A stretch of 64,000 bases of DNA from a virus. The stretch is from the IMG/VR virus record IMGVR_UViG_3300047323_000304, positions 64,001 through 128,000 of that record; one strand, 5' to 3'. Of the stretch, positions 26,764 to 37,784 are shown one piece after another. The notes under the pieces were generated by a model that searched no databases, was not told the DNA's origin, and saw only the letters and a list, made by a program, of their open reading frames with translations. Every line of letters starts with the position of its first letter. Position 1 is the first letter of the stretch. Position numbers and translations under genes: made by a program.

Positions 26764-29700
26764 TTAATTTAGTTTTTTCCATCCATTTAACCAAATCCAA
26801 GTTCCACCTATTTCTATCCAATCATCTCCTACTTTCTTTGTTTTTGGTTTTTCTGTTGTACTTCCTATTTGAATCATATCATATTGATTTATTATATTTT
26901 TATTGTATGTTTTTTTATATGCCTTATATTTTATTTCTTCACCAGTATCTAATTGATATATCGTAATTAATGGAGCATTTGTTAAATCTACATCTAATAC
27001 TAATCCTTTATCTTTATGTTTAGGATATCTATTGAAGCAGTATCCACATGATTCATGTTGAAATATTAACCTATCTCTTATACTTGTTTTATCTTCTAAT
27101 TTTGAAATAAAATGTTGAACTAATTTGTCTGAATCTAAATCATTAAATTGTTTTTCAGTTGCTCTTCCAAATTGTTCAAATAAATCAATACTATAACCTA
27201 GTTCTTCAATTTGTTCTTTTTTAATAGTCTTTCTACCATTCCATTGATTGTAGATGTCCACTATATTTAATAAATAATTAGGCGAACCAAATTCACTAAA
27301 ATAATCAAGTTTAATTAATAAATCTATCATAGTTTTATTTAATGTTGTAGTTTTTAATTCTTGTAATATATCTATAAATGAATTATATTTATTATTTCTC
27401 ATGTCATATAGTTCTTGTGGTGCATTTTTACCCATGTTTTTTATTGAAGCCAATGAAGGATTTATGCAATTATTTTCTTCATCAATTGCGAAGTTTCTAT
27501 TATCTAATCTAAATTTATACTTTCCTTCTTGAATTCCAAAGGCTTCGCTCATTTCTTTTTTATATGCAGTTACTTTATCTTTTTTACCTTTATCAGTGTA
27601 AGTTTGTAACATAACTGAATAGAAATGATAAGGATAATTTGCTTTTAAATAAGCCCCATATAAACTATCATAAGCATAAGCATATGCATGACTTGCATTG
27701 AAAGCATACTTAGAGAAATCTTCAACGACATGAAAAGATTCTTCAAAACCATCAATATTGCCCGTATTATTAATCCAAGCTTCAGCAAGCCTTCCTTTTA
27801 ATTCTTTTAGTTCCTTATCTTTAAACTTCTTTTTACTTATCTTTTTTATAATTTCATATGTTTCTGTTTGTTCTATTCCTAACCAACCCAAATACGTCAT
27901 AATATTTTCTTGGTACATTATGTAATGAAAACTATCTTCAAGTAAATCGTCTAAAGCTTTAACTCCTGTTGAATATGGATTTCTAGCTAAAAAATTCTGT
28001 AACATAGATTTAAAGCCCGGTCTTAAAGCACTTACTAATGCAGTAACTTCTGCAACATTTTTTGGTTTATATTGTTTACAACATTGTACACCAAAATTAC
28101 TTTCCATTTGATTAACACCTAAAGTATATCCATTAGCATAAATATCCCATGTTTTTCTATCATTTTCTATTATTTTAGTTAATTCTTGAATATCATGTTG
28201 TCCAATACCTATACTATCATAAATCTTTTTAACTGTATTTGCTACATCTACTTTAAGTAAATCATTTTTTACAAACTTATATTCTTCAGCAACATATCCA
28301 TCAACTACTGTTGTAATATATTCTTTTTTTGTACTTTCAGATTTACATTTAATTAATCCTATTTCTCTTCTGATATCACCTTGGTAAAGAAAATATCCAC
28401 AGGGGTGTGGATGTTTATTATCTATAATTCCTTGATATTTTTTACTTTCATCTATATACGATTTATATTTTTCGTCCACATAATCATAAAGATTAATTAA
28501 TTCTTTTTCTTCTTCATTATCAGCATTTTTTAAAGCTTTTTCATATTTTTGAATTTGTTTAGATATTTCATTAGCTAGTTCAAATTCTAATCCTTGAGAT
28601 TTACAATATAATTTAAATGCTGATGAAGTTTTTAATTGACCAAAAGCAATCATTGGATATGCATGATTCTCTCCCAATAAATCTTTTTGAACCTGTGCAA
28701 ATATTTCAACTGTTCCCAAATTCAAATCTAAATCTGGTAGGGACTTTGTAGCAAGAATTCTAGTTTTACTCATAAATCTTTCGGGATATAATTTTACGGG
28801 TGCTTCAAATCTATTTAAATTACTAAATCCTAATAATGTATTAATAAAGAATGATCCACCAGAACCTCTTGCAGTTTTAGATATTATCCCTCCTCGTTCT
28901 TTTCCTTGTTTAACTATCTCATAATCAAGTAAAAAATAATCAGTCATTTTGGTTTCTGTTATTGTTTCAAATTCATTTCTAATACCTTCTAAATATATTT
29001 TCTTTTGTTCTTTTGATAAAAAAGGTAAATAATCTGATTTCCATGATTGATTGATTAATTCCTTTAATTTATTATCTTTCCATTCTTGTGACTTGTCAGG
29101 ATATAAAGTTGGTAGTTTGATGTCCTTATTAAATTCAATATTTTCAAAATTAAGAATTATATTTGTATTATCCATCGCCTTAGTTATTTCTTCTTCTGTC
29201 AATATTCCTTGTGTTTTAAATCTCTCAAAAGCAATGTCATAATTGGGATAATCTAAAAACCATCCTTCTTCGCCTTCATAAAATATACCTTTTGCTTCTA
29301 ATAAATTATCTCTTTCTTTACTATCAGACTCTAATATATAATGGCTATCACACCCCATTATTATATCTATATTATATTTATTTGATAATTTTAATACTTT
29401 TTCATTTAATTTTTTTTGACTATCAGTATTATGAAATTGAACTTCTAAATAGAAATTGTTTTTAAAGTGATTATGTAATTTAATTATAATATCTTCTATA
29501 TCTTTATAATGAAAAAAAGCGACGCAAGCTGACGTTACCATAATATTGTTAGGGTTTAATGATAACAATAATTCTAAATCAACCCTAGGTTTTGCATAGT
29601 ATCCAGTTATGTTAGCTTCTGAAAGAATATCATTAAGTTCTCTTCTTCCCTCCTCATTTTTTGCTAATAATACTATATGTGAATTAGTTCTATCACGTTC

Positions 29701-29985
29701 AAACCTATTTTTAACCCAATAAGCTTCAACACCAAATATAAATTTTAAATCAAGTGGAACATTTGATTCTCCTTCTTCTCGTCTTTTCTTTAACTTTTTA
29801 TTTGTGTTTTTTACTGCTTCATAAACTTTGTAATAGTGAGATTGCCAGCCATGTTCAACACTTGAAATAACTTGATGACCTAATTCTAAAGCCCTATTAA
29901 CATAATCATCAATTGAGGCAGTACTATCAATAGTCATTATATTAGACCAGTATGTATGTTTGTGATAATTTTGAAATGGTTTCAT
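26764..29985 (-). CDS. dnaE: DNA polymerase III alpha subunit
   Basis: PHP domain NYHKHT...DS, HIVLLAKN; ARGSGG, PDLDLN, HPCG, KNDLL, YAFNASHAYAY. Start placed at the ATG after RBS GGGTGAGG. Confidence 0.95.
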   Translation of the reverse strand: MKPFQNYHKHTYWSNIMTIDSTASIDDYVNRALELGHQVISSVEHGWQSHYYKVYEAVKNTNKKLKKRREEGESNVPLDLKFIFGVEAYWVKNRFERDRTNSHIVLLAKNEEGRRELNDILSEANITGYYAKPRVDLELLLSLNPNNIMVTSACVAFFHYKDIEDIIIKLHNHFKNNFYLEVQFHNTDSQKKLNEKVLKLSNKYNIDIIMGCDSHYILESDSKERDNLLEAKGIFYEGEEGWFLDYPNYDIAFERFKTQGILTEEEITKAMDNTNIILNFENIEFNKDIKLPTLYPDKSQEWKDNKLKELINQSWKSDYLPFLSKEQKKIYLEGIRNEFETITETKMTDYFLLDYEIVKQGKERGGIISKTARGSGGSFFINTLLGFSNLNRFEAPVKLYPERFMSKTRILATKSLPDLDLNLGTVEIFAQVQKDLLGENHAYPMIAFGQLKTSSAFKLYCKSQGLEFELANEISKQIQKYEKALKNADNEEEKELINLYDYVDEKYKSYIDESKKYQGIIDNKHPHPCGYFLYQGDIRREIGLIKCKSESTKKEYITTVVDGYVAEEYKFVKNDLLKVDVANTVKKIYDSIGIGQHDIQELTKIIENDRKTWDIYANGYTLGVNQMESNFGVQCCKQYKPKNVAEVTALVSALRPGFKSMLQNFLARNPYSTGVKALDDLLEDSFHYIMYQENIMTYLGWLGIEQTETYEIIKKISKKKFKDKELKELKGRLAEAWINNTGNIDGFEESFHVVEDFSKYAFNASHAYAYAYDSLYGAYLKANYPYHFYSVMLQTYTDKGKKDKVTAYKKEMSEAFGIQEGKYKFRLDNRNFAIDEENNCINPSLASIKNMGKNAPQELYDMRNNKYNSFIDILQELKTTTLNKTMIDLLIKLDYFSEFGSPNYLLNIVDIYNQWNGRKTIKKEQIEELGYSIDLFEQFGRATEKQFNDLDSDKLVQHFISKLEDKTSIRDRLIFQHESCGYCFNRYPKHKDKGLVLDVDLTNAPLITIYQLDTGEEIKYKAYKKTYNKNIINQYDMIQIGSTTEKPKTKKVGDDWIEIGGTWIWLNGWKKLN

Positions 29986-30667
29986 CAACCTCACCCCTCT
30001 CTACTCTAGTAATTATATTTTCTTTATTTAAATTAAAAATTCTATATAATATATCAATATTTTTATTGTTCTTATAATATTTATTTTGAGTTTTCTCTAG
30101 TGTAACATTATAAAATTCACACCATTCTGTAAAAGTTTTTATAGTATTGTTTATTTTTATATATAAATTATTTCTTCTATTGTTACATTGTTCTTTCATT
30201 GTTGCCCATTTACAGTTATTACATTCATAATTTCCATTAACTTCAATTCTATCAATAGATGTATTGTCTTCTCCAAATTCTTGACAATGTTTTATATAAG
30301 AATTATACATATCTTTTTTGAAATTAATATATTTTTTCCATGAATCACAAACTTTAATATTTCTTCCACCATATCTTTCATAGGAAGTTGCAGTTGGATT
30401 TTCACATCTATTTATAATCCCCTCCCATATTCTATAAAACCTTGTACCTTTATCTCCATGTCTATTTTTTCCAAGAGTATCTGCACAAACTCTACATTGA
30501 TACGATTTACCTGATTTTAAATGACATGATAAAACATCATATTCTCTATCACATTCGCATTTACAATGCCATGCGGTTCTAGTTCCTCTATTTTCTACTT
30601 GATATAATACTCTCCATTTTCCAAACTGTTTGTTTATTAAATTCTCTGCTTTCCCCATATTTTCCAC
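29942..30667 (-). CDS. HNH-type homing endonuclease
   Basis: LINKQFGKWRV..WHCKCEC; RFYRIWEGIINRC...YGGRNIKVCDSW; SIDRIEVNGNYECNNCKWAT. Confidence 0.85.
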   Translation of the reverse strand: MENMGKAENLINKQFGKWRVLYQVENRGTRTAWHCKCECDREYDVLSCHLKSGKSYQCRVCADTLGKNRHGDKGTRFYRIWEGIINRCENPTATSYERYGGRNIKVCDSWKKYINFKKDMYNSYIKHCQEFGEDNTSIDRIEVNGNYECNNCKWATMKEQCNNRRNNLYIKINNTIKTFTEWCEFYNVTLEKTQNKYYKNNKNIDILYRIFNLNKENIITRVERGEVDETISKLSQTYILV

Positions 30668-30688
30668 CTACTTAATATTTTATTTTAT

Positions 30689-31768
30689 TTATAACAAGTC
30701 CTCAAATTCATCTTGTTCTTCAGTATCTTTCTTTTTTCTATTTTTCCAGCTACTATCATTATTTTCTTTATAGTTTTGAAAGTGTTTGCATGGTTTCTTA
30801 CATAACATATTACAAAAGAATTCACTACCTTTATTTAATTCTATACAAGGATAATTTTCTTCAACATCTCCATTTATCTTTATTTCATCAATTATACTAT
30901 CTATCCAATCATCCATTTCTTTTAATGAATCTTCATTTAATTCAACATCTACTTCATGATCTGAAATTGTAAATCTGTCCTTTATTAAATCATCAATTTC
31001 ATTCATATCTATCATTCTTTGAACTCTAATATCTATTTCATTTTCATCTAATCCTTCTTTTTTTAATAATCTCTTTGCAACTGATTTTAATTTATCTCCA
31101 ATAGCATTTCTTTCACATTTTGTTGATTTGTCTACCAGCTTCTTTTTACTATCAATTTCTTGCCAAGTTATATTACAATATTTTAACATATTAAAATATA
31201 ATCTATTTATTTTATAACCTTCTTCCATTAGAGCCTTAGCATATAATAACAATTGCATTCTTTTCTTTTTAAAATCTTGCTTAGTAAAATCAGAACTTGT
31301 CTTATAATCCACTATATCTAAAGTATTGTTTTCATTATGTATAATTAAATCTATAAAACCATATACTAATGTTTTATTTCTGCCTACTAAAGTATCAAAT
31401 CCTTTTTCTATATCATATATTTTATGTTTTGGTTGGTATCGTTCTAAGAAATGAGTTACGCATTCTTTATATGTAATTCCACTTTTTTCAGTTGGGAACT
31501 TTAATCCAAGAACCGTTTCTGCATCTTCTAATGATGTTAAAAATCTTTCAACTGCTATATCATTATTTATTTTATTTTCAACTAAATCTTGACTACATTC
31601 ATGTGCCTCAGTGCCTAAAGAACTATATATACTTTCTGCTCCTCTAATATGTCTTATATATGTAAGAAAATAGTTGTATTTACAATGTGAATATGTACTT
31701 AATTTACTAAAACTGAATTTTTCTTTACCTTTTATGTTATTTTTAAATGTATAATCTCTATTACTCAT
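30689..31768 (-). CDS. PD-(D/E)xK (RecB/AddB-like) nuclease
   Basis: FSFSKLSTYSHC, LGTEAHE, GFIDLI...IVDYKTS, QLLLYA, C-terminal Cys cluster. Confidence 0.85.
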   Translation of the reverse strand: MSNRDYTFKNNIKGKEKFSFSKLSTYSHCKYNYFLTYIRHIRGAESIYSSLGTEAHECSQDLVENKINNDIAVERFLTSLEDAETVLGLKFPTEKSGITYKECVTHFLERYQPKHKIYDIEKGFDTLVGRNKTLVYGFIDLIIHNENNTLDIVDYKTSSDFTKQDFKKKRMQLLLYAKALMEEGYKINRLYFNMLKYCNITWQEIDSKKKLVDKSTKCERNAIGDKLKSVAKRLLKKEGLDENEIDIRVQRMIDMNEIDDLIKDRFTISDHEVDVELNEDSLKEMDDWIDSIIDEIKINGDVEENYPCIELNKGSEFFCNMLCKKPCKHFQNYKENNDSSWKNRKKKDTEEQDEFEDLL

Positions 31769-31772
31769 TAAA

Positions 31773-32816
31773 TTACTCCTTAATCCATTTTATATATTCT
31801 TTAACACATTTTTTCATATCTTCTTTTTCTAGATCACATATGCTGTCTTTACTTCCACTTTTTAAATACTTATTATCTTTATCATATATATACCCTACTT
31901 TATAGGTCATAAACGATGATTTTGGTTTTAATTGTTCACATAACTTTATCATTTCTTGTTCAGATATGCCCTCATCCAATGTAACAATTATTTTTTTGGG
32001 ACTTAAATTTTGAATATATTTTATTTGAATAGGAGAAAGAGCCCTCCCACCTAAAGCTAAAAAATTTCTCTTACCCATTGAATCAAGTTTCATTACACTT
32101 TTTTGACTTTCCACTAAATATATTGTATTACCACATAAGTTATAATAGTTTTGAGAATATCCAAACAAAGTCATTTTTTTTGAAAACTCAATTATAGGAT
32201 AATATTTTAATTCATCATAATAATCATAATCTTGACCATTATATCTTCCAGTAACTCCTACCAACTCTCCTTCAAATGAAAATTCTGGGATTGTTATCCT
32301 ATGTGTATTCCAATCGTATCCTATTTTGAATTTCATTTGAGTTTTTAAATTTATTCCATCTTTTTGAAATAATTCATTGCCTTTTATTTCATAGTTATTT
32401 AACGTTTCAATTGGATAGGTTTTTATATTATAATTTAAACCATTGTCATTCTTTTTGTATTTATCAAACAACCCTCCAAAAATTTTAGGTTTTTCTATTT
32501 TTTTAAATGTACCTTTTAAATTTAAAAAATCACAAACATATTTAAATGATTTAAAAAATTCTTCTTCACTGTATCCTAATTTATGTCTTACTGCTAAAAA
32601 CAAATCACCCTCTAGTGAGTTTGAATAATCAGAATAGGATATATTGTTTTCTGATAGCTTAAACTTAATCCCTGTTGGATTCCACCCATTGTCATAAGCA
32701 CATCTTATTTCTTCTCTTGTTCTATATTTTATTTCCGAAAAATCTAACTGTTCTAATAATTCTATTAACTTTTCTTGATTGTTAAATAAATAATGTTTTA
32801 TTTCTAACGCATTCAA
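31773..32816 (-). CDS. DNA primase (Toprim), SPbeta YorJ-like
   Basis: RITIPE...VGVTGR, YLVESQKSVM, VTLDEG; adjacent to helicase. Confidence 0.8.
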   Translation of the reverse strand: MNALEIKHYLFNNQEKLIELLEQLDFSEIKYRTREEIRCAYDNGWNPTGIKFKLSENNISYSDYSNSLEGDLFLAVRHKLGYSEEEFFKSFKYVCDFLNLKGTFKKIEKPKIFGGLFDKYKKNDNGLNYNIKTYPIETLNNYEIKGNELFQKDGINLKTQMKFKIGYDWNTHRITIPEFSFEGELVGVTGRYNGQDYDYYDELKYYPIIEFSKKMTLFGYSQNYYNLCGNTIYLVESQKSVMKLDSMGKRNFLALGGRALSPIQIKYIQNLSPKKIIVTLDEGISEQEMIKLCEQLKPKSSFMTYKVGYIYDKDNKYLKSGSKDSICDLEKEDMKKCVKEYIKWIKE

Positions 32817-32834
32817 TTACCACCACCACATTTC

Positions 32835-34409
32835 TTATTTTGCTCTAGTATCTACATGAGAAACGGTACAGAAAGCTACCTCACGCCAACGATTCCAAGC
32901 TCCACTAAATTCTTGAACAATGCATTTGTCATCTTCATCTGCTCTGGTTTTACATAGGAAAAATATTCTGTATTGTTTTGTAGTATCTAATTGTATGTAT
33001 TCCTTTGTTTTTAACCATTTTCCTGTTTTATCATCCTTCATAAACCTATAAGGTTTTATATCATATTTTTCTTCTGCAAATTCATCTGGAAATATCTTTC
33101 TGAATAGTACCATTTGTGTAACAACTTCTTTTACTGCTTTTGCTTCAGATAGACAACTTGAATTAGTATACCTCACGTTCTCAGTATGTATTGCACATTG
33201 CATTACTATAGTTATTGCAACTTTATATTTTTTAGCTAGTTGATGAAGAGTTTTAGAAGCTTCTATTAATTGCCCCCTACTGTTCACATCTTGCATATTT
33301 CCTGCTTTAAATGTGTCGTATATGTAATAGCCTACTCCTTGTCTAGACATTCTTCTAACTATAATCTTCATAGTGTTCATATCATAATTATCTATATCAG
33401 CAAATTTTAATTTTCCATAATAGTGTTCTCTATAATATTTTTGTGCTTGTCCTATCATGTTTTTTTGCTCTTCAGAGAACCCCCCTTGTTTTAAATGTTT
33501 TCTAGTTAATCCATAATAATCAAAATGATAAGCTAAAATCATAGGCAATATTATTGCTTTATAATCATCTATATTCATTTCATTTGCTATAATACAAACT
33601 TTTTCATTTTGATAAATAATTGGCATAACTCTTTCTGCTAATATCCAACTAGACTTGCCACATCCACTATATGCACCTATTAATTCGGTATAACCTTTAT
33701 GTATTCCTAATGTAGAAGCGTTTAATATAGGACTTCCATATATAGATTTCCCATGAATATCTGTTCCAATAATATCATAAGGTAAACCCATCATTTGTCC
33801 ACTATCACAAGCTTCAATAAATTTATCATCTAAATCTAAATCAACTATTTTTGTATTACCCATAGTCTTATCCATTGTTAATGATTGTACTCTCCAGTCG
33901 TACCATTCTGAAACTTGTGTTGAAGTCATACTATGGAATAATTCAAATGGAATTACTATTTTTTCTTTTTCTCCATCTTTTATAGTTACTTTATTAAAAA
34001 TATTAAATCCTTCATTATATAGTCCTATAATTATATTTGATTTAAAAACATCATCTATATATGAATGAATATTTGCAACGTTCATTGTATCTATTAATGA
34101 TTTAATATTTTCATATCCACCTTTAGATTCAAATTTATCTCTTAACATTTCATGTGTCTGTATATAGGTTGTTACTGTTATTTCATCAAATGCCTCATAT
34201 CCTTGTTGTGCCATCTTTTTACCTAAGGCATAGTAATATTTCCCGTCCATACTTGTAAAACACTCAGAGTTTAAGTTATTATAATCATCATACAAATCTG
34301 GATTTTTCCATAAACAACCTATAACCTTTCCTTCTTGTTCTATTCTTCCATTTAATAATCTATCATCCAAATCTTGATATTCTGTTAAAAATAAATTTTT
34401 GTCAATCAT
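32835..34409 (-). CDS. dnaB: DnaB-like replicative helicase
   Basis: Walker A GAYSGCGKS, IIANEM, YIYDTFK, AITIVMQ, KTR. Confidence 0.85.
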   Translation of the reverse strand: MIDKNLFLTEYQDLDDRLLNGRIEQEGKVIGCLWKNPDLYDDYNNLNSECFTSMDGKYYYALGKKMAQQGYEAFDEITVTTYIQTHEMLRDKFESKGGYENIKSLIDTMNVANIHSYIDDVFKSNIIIGLYNEGFNIFNKVTIKDGEKEKIVIPFELFHSMTSTQVSEWYDWRVQSLTMDKTMGNTKIVDLDLDDKFIEACDSGQMMGLPYDIIGTDIHGKSIYGSPILNASTLGIHKGYTELIGAYSGCGKSSWILAERVMPIIYQNEKVCIIANEMNIDDYKAIILPMILAYHFDYYGLTRKHLKQGGFSEEQKNMIGQAQKYYREHYYGKLKFADIDNYDMNTMKIIVRRMSRQGVGYYIYDTFKAGNMQDVNSRGQLIEASKTLHQLAKKYKVAITIVMQCAIHTENVRYTNSSCLSEAKAVKEVVTQMVLFRKIFPDEFAEEKYDIKPYRFMKDDKTGKWLKTKEYIQLDTTKQYRIFFLCKTRADEDDKCIVQEFSGAWNRWREVAFCTVSHVDTRAK

Positions 34410-34423
34410 TTCTCAATCCTCCA

Positions 34424-34972
34424 TTAAAAGAAATTTGTAAAATCTGTTACGTCATTATTTTTGAATTGGTAATTATCCATTTCTATTTGTTTATCTTCTA
34501 TTTCTTCAATCTTTACTCTTTTAATTTGTTCCTTATTTTTTTTATATTTTATTATTTTTGATATATCTGCTATATTTGCTCTAATTACAGTAAATATGTA
34601 TCTGATCTTATTAAATTCCTTGTCTATACCTTTCATATACATATAATCACTTATATTAGTTTTATATTCTTTAAAACATTCTAGTATTTCTTCATATGTA
34701 TATATAGCTATAAATGGTGATAATTCTTTAGTTATTAAATTGAAATTAAGACATTCATAGCCTAAAATTTCATTTATTATGTTGAATATTCCCTCCTTTT
34801 CTTGTTTAGTTTTCTCTTTTTCATAAATATAGCTATCGTATTCTATCGAGTCACAATAATAATTTCTTTTCTTAGTCCCTGTTTTTGTCTCTGATATTAC
34901 ACAATAGGCTTCACTTTGTAAAATTTTATTCCCACAAATCTTGCAGGTAACTTGTCTTGCCATTTGATACAC
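34424..34972 (-). CDS. Zn-finger replication protein (YorH-like position)
   Basis: VTCKICG...YYCD; lies between the ATPase and helicase genes. Confidence 0.65.
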   Translation of the reverse strand: MYQMARQVTCKICGNKILQSEAYCVISETKTGTKKRNYYCDSIEYDSYIYEKEKTKQEKEGIFNIINEILGYECLNFNLITKELSPFIAIYTYEEILECFKEYKTNISDYMYMKGIDKEFNKIRYIFTVIRANIADISKIIKYKKNKEQIKRVKIEEIEDKQIEMDNYQFKNNDVTDFTNFF

Positions 34973-35023
34973 TTCCTTTTTATAAATTTTAATAGAAACA
35001 ATCAGCTTATAATTGCTTTTATT

Positions 35024-35049
35024 AAAATAGGGAGAAGAATTTCCCCCTA
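35024..35049 (-). terminator. Rho-independent terminator
   Basis: TAGGGGGAA-ATTC-TTCTCCCTA-TTTT after the ATPase stop. Confidence 0.65.
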
Positions 35050-35054
35050 AATAT

Positions 35055-36245
35055 TTAATTAAGTTTTTGTAATATTTCTTCCATACCTTCTGTTAAGTTG
35101 TTTTCAACATCACTTATTTTTTCAATATTATACTTTTGCATTATCTCTTTAATATCAGCCTTCAATTCTTTTGAAGTATCTTTCCATTTTGAAGTTACTA
35201 TTTTTTGTATTTCTTTATTTCTTTCAACATTTATCTTGTTTGTTTCTTCTTCACTTGTTTTTATTTTATTTAATTCTTCCTTGATTTCATTTTTTCTATC
35301 TACTTCAGCTTTTTCTTTTAATTGTTCAAAATCTTCATCTGAAACATTCTTTCTCATAGAAGCTTTAATTCCATCTTCTATCGCTTGTATAAATCCACTA
35401 GCAGATAGTTCGACCTTTTCTACTATATCCTTAAATCTTGTTCCAGCTTTAACAAAATTACTTTCTCTGAAATATATGTATCTCTTTGTTCCATTTAATA
35501 CACCATCTTTTACATTCTTATCTATTTGTATAGTAGCAATGACGTCTGCTTTATGAGCAATAATATTATCAAGTCTGCTATCTAAGTTAGATGTAAGCAT
35601 GTTGTAAGACTCATCATCTGTCATTCCTTTTTCTTTAATAGTTTTAACTTTTGTATGTGATATTACTACAGGAGTTAATCCACAACTTCTCAATCTATAA
35701 AGTTGTTCATCTACTATTTCAGCTAATTTATCAAATCCCCCACTAAATCCTCCAAAAGCACTGTTTATACTTGATACTTTTTTAGTTGGGTTAGCATCAT
35801 TATGAAGCTTTACTACATAATTTTTTGCTATTTCACAAAGTTCGTCATATGTATCTATACCAATTATTTCAATTCCATTTTCTTCTCTCCCATCAACTAA
35901 ATCATCGATTAATTTAACAAATTCTTCCCAACCATATCCACTCTTAATTATTTTTCCTTCATTGTCTTTGATTTTAGTAATTATAATTCCATTCTTATCT
36001 TTTATATCTTGAATTACTTCATATTGAATATCAGGTAATGTTTTAAATCCATCTTCTCTCCCACATGATATTAATAATCCTTTTGATTGATCTCCATTAA
36101 ATATTTCATTTATTAAATCATAGAAAAGTGTAGTTTTTCCTGATTTTTCAACACCTCTTAAATAGTAGTAATATCCTAATATACTTGCCTTAACTTCATT
36201 TTTCTTAAAACTTCTTCTTGCCATAATTATATTTCCTTCTTTCAT
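35055..36245 (-). CDS. AAA-family (AAA_24/YorG-like) P-loop ATPase
   Basis: RGVEKSGKTT, IIGIDTYDE, VVISHTK, KADVI. Confidence 0.8.
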   Translation of the reverse strand: MKEGNIIMARRSFKKNEVKASILGYYYYLRGVEKSGKTTLFYDLINEIFNGDQSKGLLISCGREDGFKTLPDIQYEVIQDIKDKNGIIITKIKDNEGKIIKSGYGWEEFVKLIDDLVDGREENGIEIIGIDTYDELCEIAKNYVVKLHNDANPTKKVSSINSAFGGFSGGFDKLAEIVDEQLYRLRSCGLTPVVISHTKVKTIKEKGMTDDESYNMLTSNLDSRLDNIIAHKADVIATIQIDKNVKDGVLNGTKRYIYFRESNFVKAGTRFKDIVEKVELSASGFIQAIEDGIKASMRKNVSDEDFEQLKEKAEVDRKNEIKEELNKIKTSEEETNKINVERNKEIQKIVTSKWKDTSKELKADIKEIMQKYNIEKISDVENNLTEGMEEILQKLN

Positions 36246-36325
36246 AATTTATTATTTTTATTTTATTACTATATGAATTTGACTTCTCTGAGTTCAATTA
36301 ATTCATAGTTCTCAATTATTAATTA

Positions 36326-37648
36326 TTAAAGTAAATCCTCATCGTCATCAACAACTTCTGCTTCAGGTTCACTATTTTTAGTTGTATCCTTTTTATCTGT
36401 TGCATCTACTCTTTCAATTACGAAATCTTCCATTGTTAATTCAGTTTCTTCTGCACCATTCATAAATTCTTTGATATGAGTAGGTTTAACCAGTCTAATT
36501 TCTCTAATTCTATCTCCAAATTTGTCTCCACCTAACTCCAATATTGCGTCTTCTAATGTTATGATTCCAGACTCAACATAATCTTTTTGAGTCTCAGTTA
36601 AATCATCTATTGTTAATTCTTTCTTTTCTGCTCCATTTGCAAATTTAACTTCAAATGCTATTTGATAAATCTTTTCTTCGTCTTTATCAGTTCTACCTTC
36701 AATATGGAATCTAAAAGCATTTGCAATAGTTTCAATCAGTTTTACATGTTTAGGATTTTCAAAATCTAATCTTGATCCATCGGCTACAATATCACTTATA
36801 TTTACATAAATTTGTTTCTTTAATTGACTATCATATGTTCTTGTCCAAACATTTAAAAAGTATTTTTTACTTGTTTCAAAAGTATCTTCATTTAAGCTTG
36901 TAGAATTAAAATATAAATCTAATACTCCTGTTAATCTTAATTTTTTAGATTCTTTATCTACTGCCTTTTCAATTCTTTGAACATCAAATGACTTATACAC
37001 CTTACCCTTCCATTCAGAAAAGTTTATATTTCCTACAATTTTAAATACGGTATTAGTTCCTTCAGATGTTTTTACTAATTTTAATAAATCTTGCACCATA
37101 TCTGTTTTGTTTAGATACTCTGTCTTTAGTCCTTCAAGTCTTAATAATTCTTCTTTTAAAGTTGCAACAATATCCTTTTTATCTTCTAATGCTCTGACTA
37201 GTTCAAATTTTTCTTTAACTTCCTTTATAATGTCATCACTTACTGCATCATCTTTTAAATTTTCAATGGCTTGTCTTAAATCATATCTCTCTTTATTATT
37301 TGATAAATCTAATATGTATTTTTGATTAAAAGCAACTTTGCTAATAACAGTTTGATTTTTTCTGTCATTCCAGTTCACCTTTAAATCAGGAACTTCCTTA
37401 TAAGTACCATCTTCCAACTTCTCTTTTGCACATCTTTTTGTGAATTCATAATTGGGTTTATTGAAATAGCCATCGCTAATTAAAATTGTTTCACTATTTT
37501 CGTCAGCTCTTACGTTTAACTTTAACTCTTCTTTTACCCATTTTGAGTCATATTCTGTTTTAGTATGTACTTTGAACTTATCAGTCTCCTTTGGCATAGC
37601 AAGTCTTCCTATAAATTCGAATGTGTTGTAGATGTTAGTTTTTTGCAT
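36326..37648 (-). CDS. Putative ssDNA-binding / replication protein (YorF-like)
   Basis: First gene of the replication block; NTFEFIG start; acidic tail EVVDDDEDLL. Confidence 0.55.
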   Translation of the reverse strand: MQKTNIYNTFEFIGRLAMPKETDKFKVHTKTEYDSKWVKEELKLNVRADENSETILISDGYFNKPNYEFTKRCAKEKLEDGTYKEVPDLKVNWNDRKNQTVISKVAFNQKYILDLSNNKERYDLRQAIENLKDDAVSDDIIKEVKEKFELVRALEDKKDIVATLKEELLRLEGLKTEYLNKTDMVQDLLKLVKTSEGTNTVFKIVGNINFSEWKGKVYKSFDVQRIEKAVDKESKKLRLTGVLDLYFNSTSLNEDTFETSKKYFLNVWTRTYDSQLKKQIYVNISDIVADGSRLDFENPKHVKLIETIANAFRFHIEGRTDKDEEKIYQIAFEVKFANGAEKKELTIDDLTETQKDYVESGIITLEDAILELGGDKFGDRIREIRLVKPTHIKEFMNGAEETELTMEDFVIERVDATDKKDTTKNSEPEAEVVDDDEDLL

Positions 37649-37784
37649 ATTTTTCTCTCCTCTAATTTTAAATTTTAGCTAATCTCACTCACTTGATTTT
37701 CTCTGTCATTCTTTTTATTTTATCTTTTATGCATTAGAACTCTCTGATTCACATTAATGCAATTAAATTCTAGTTATATATTTG

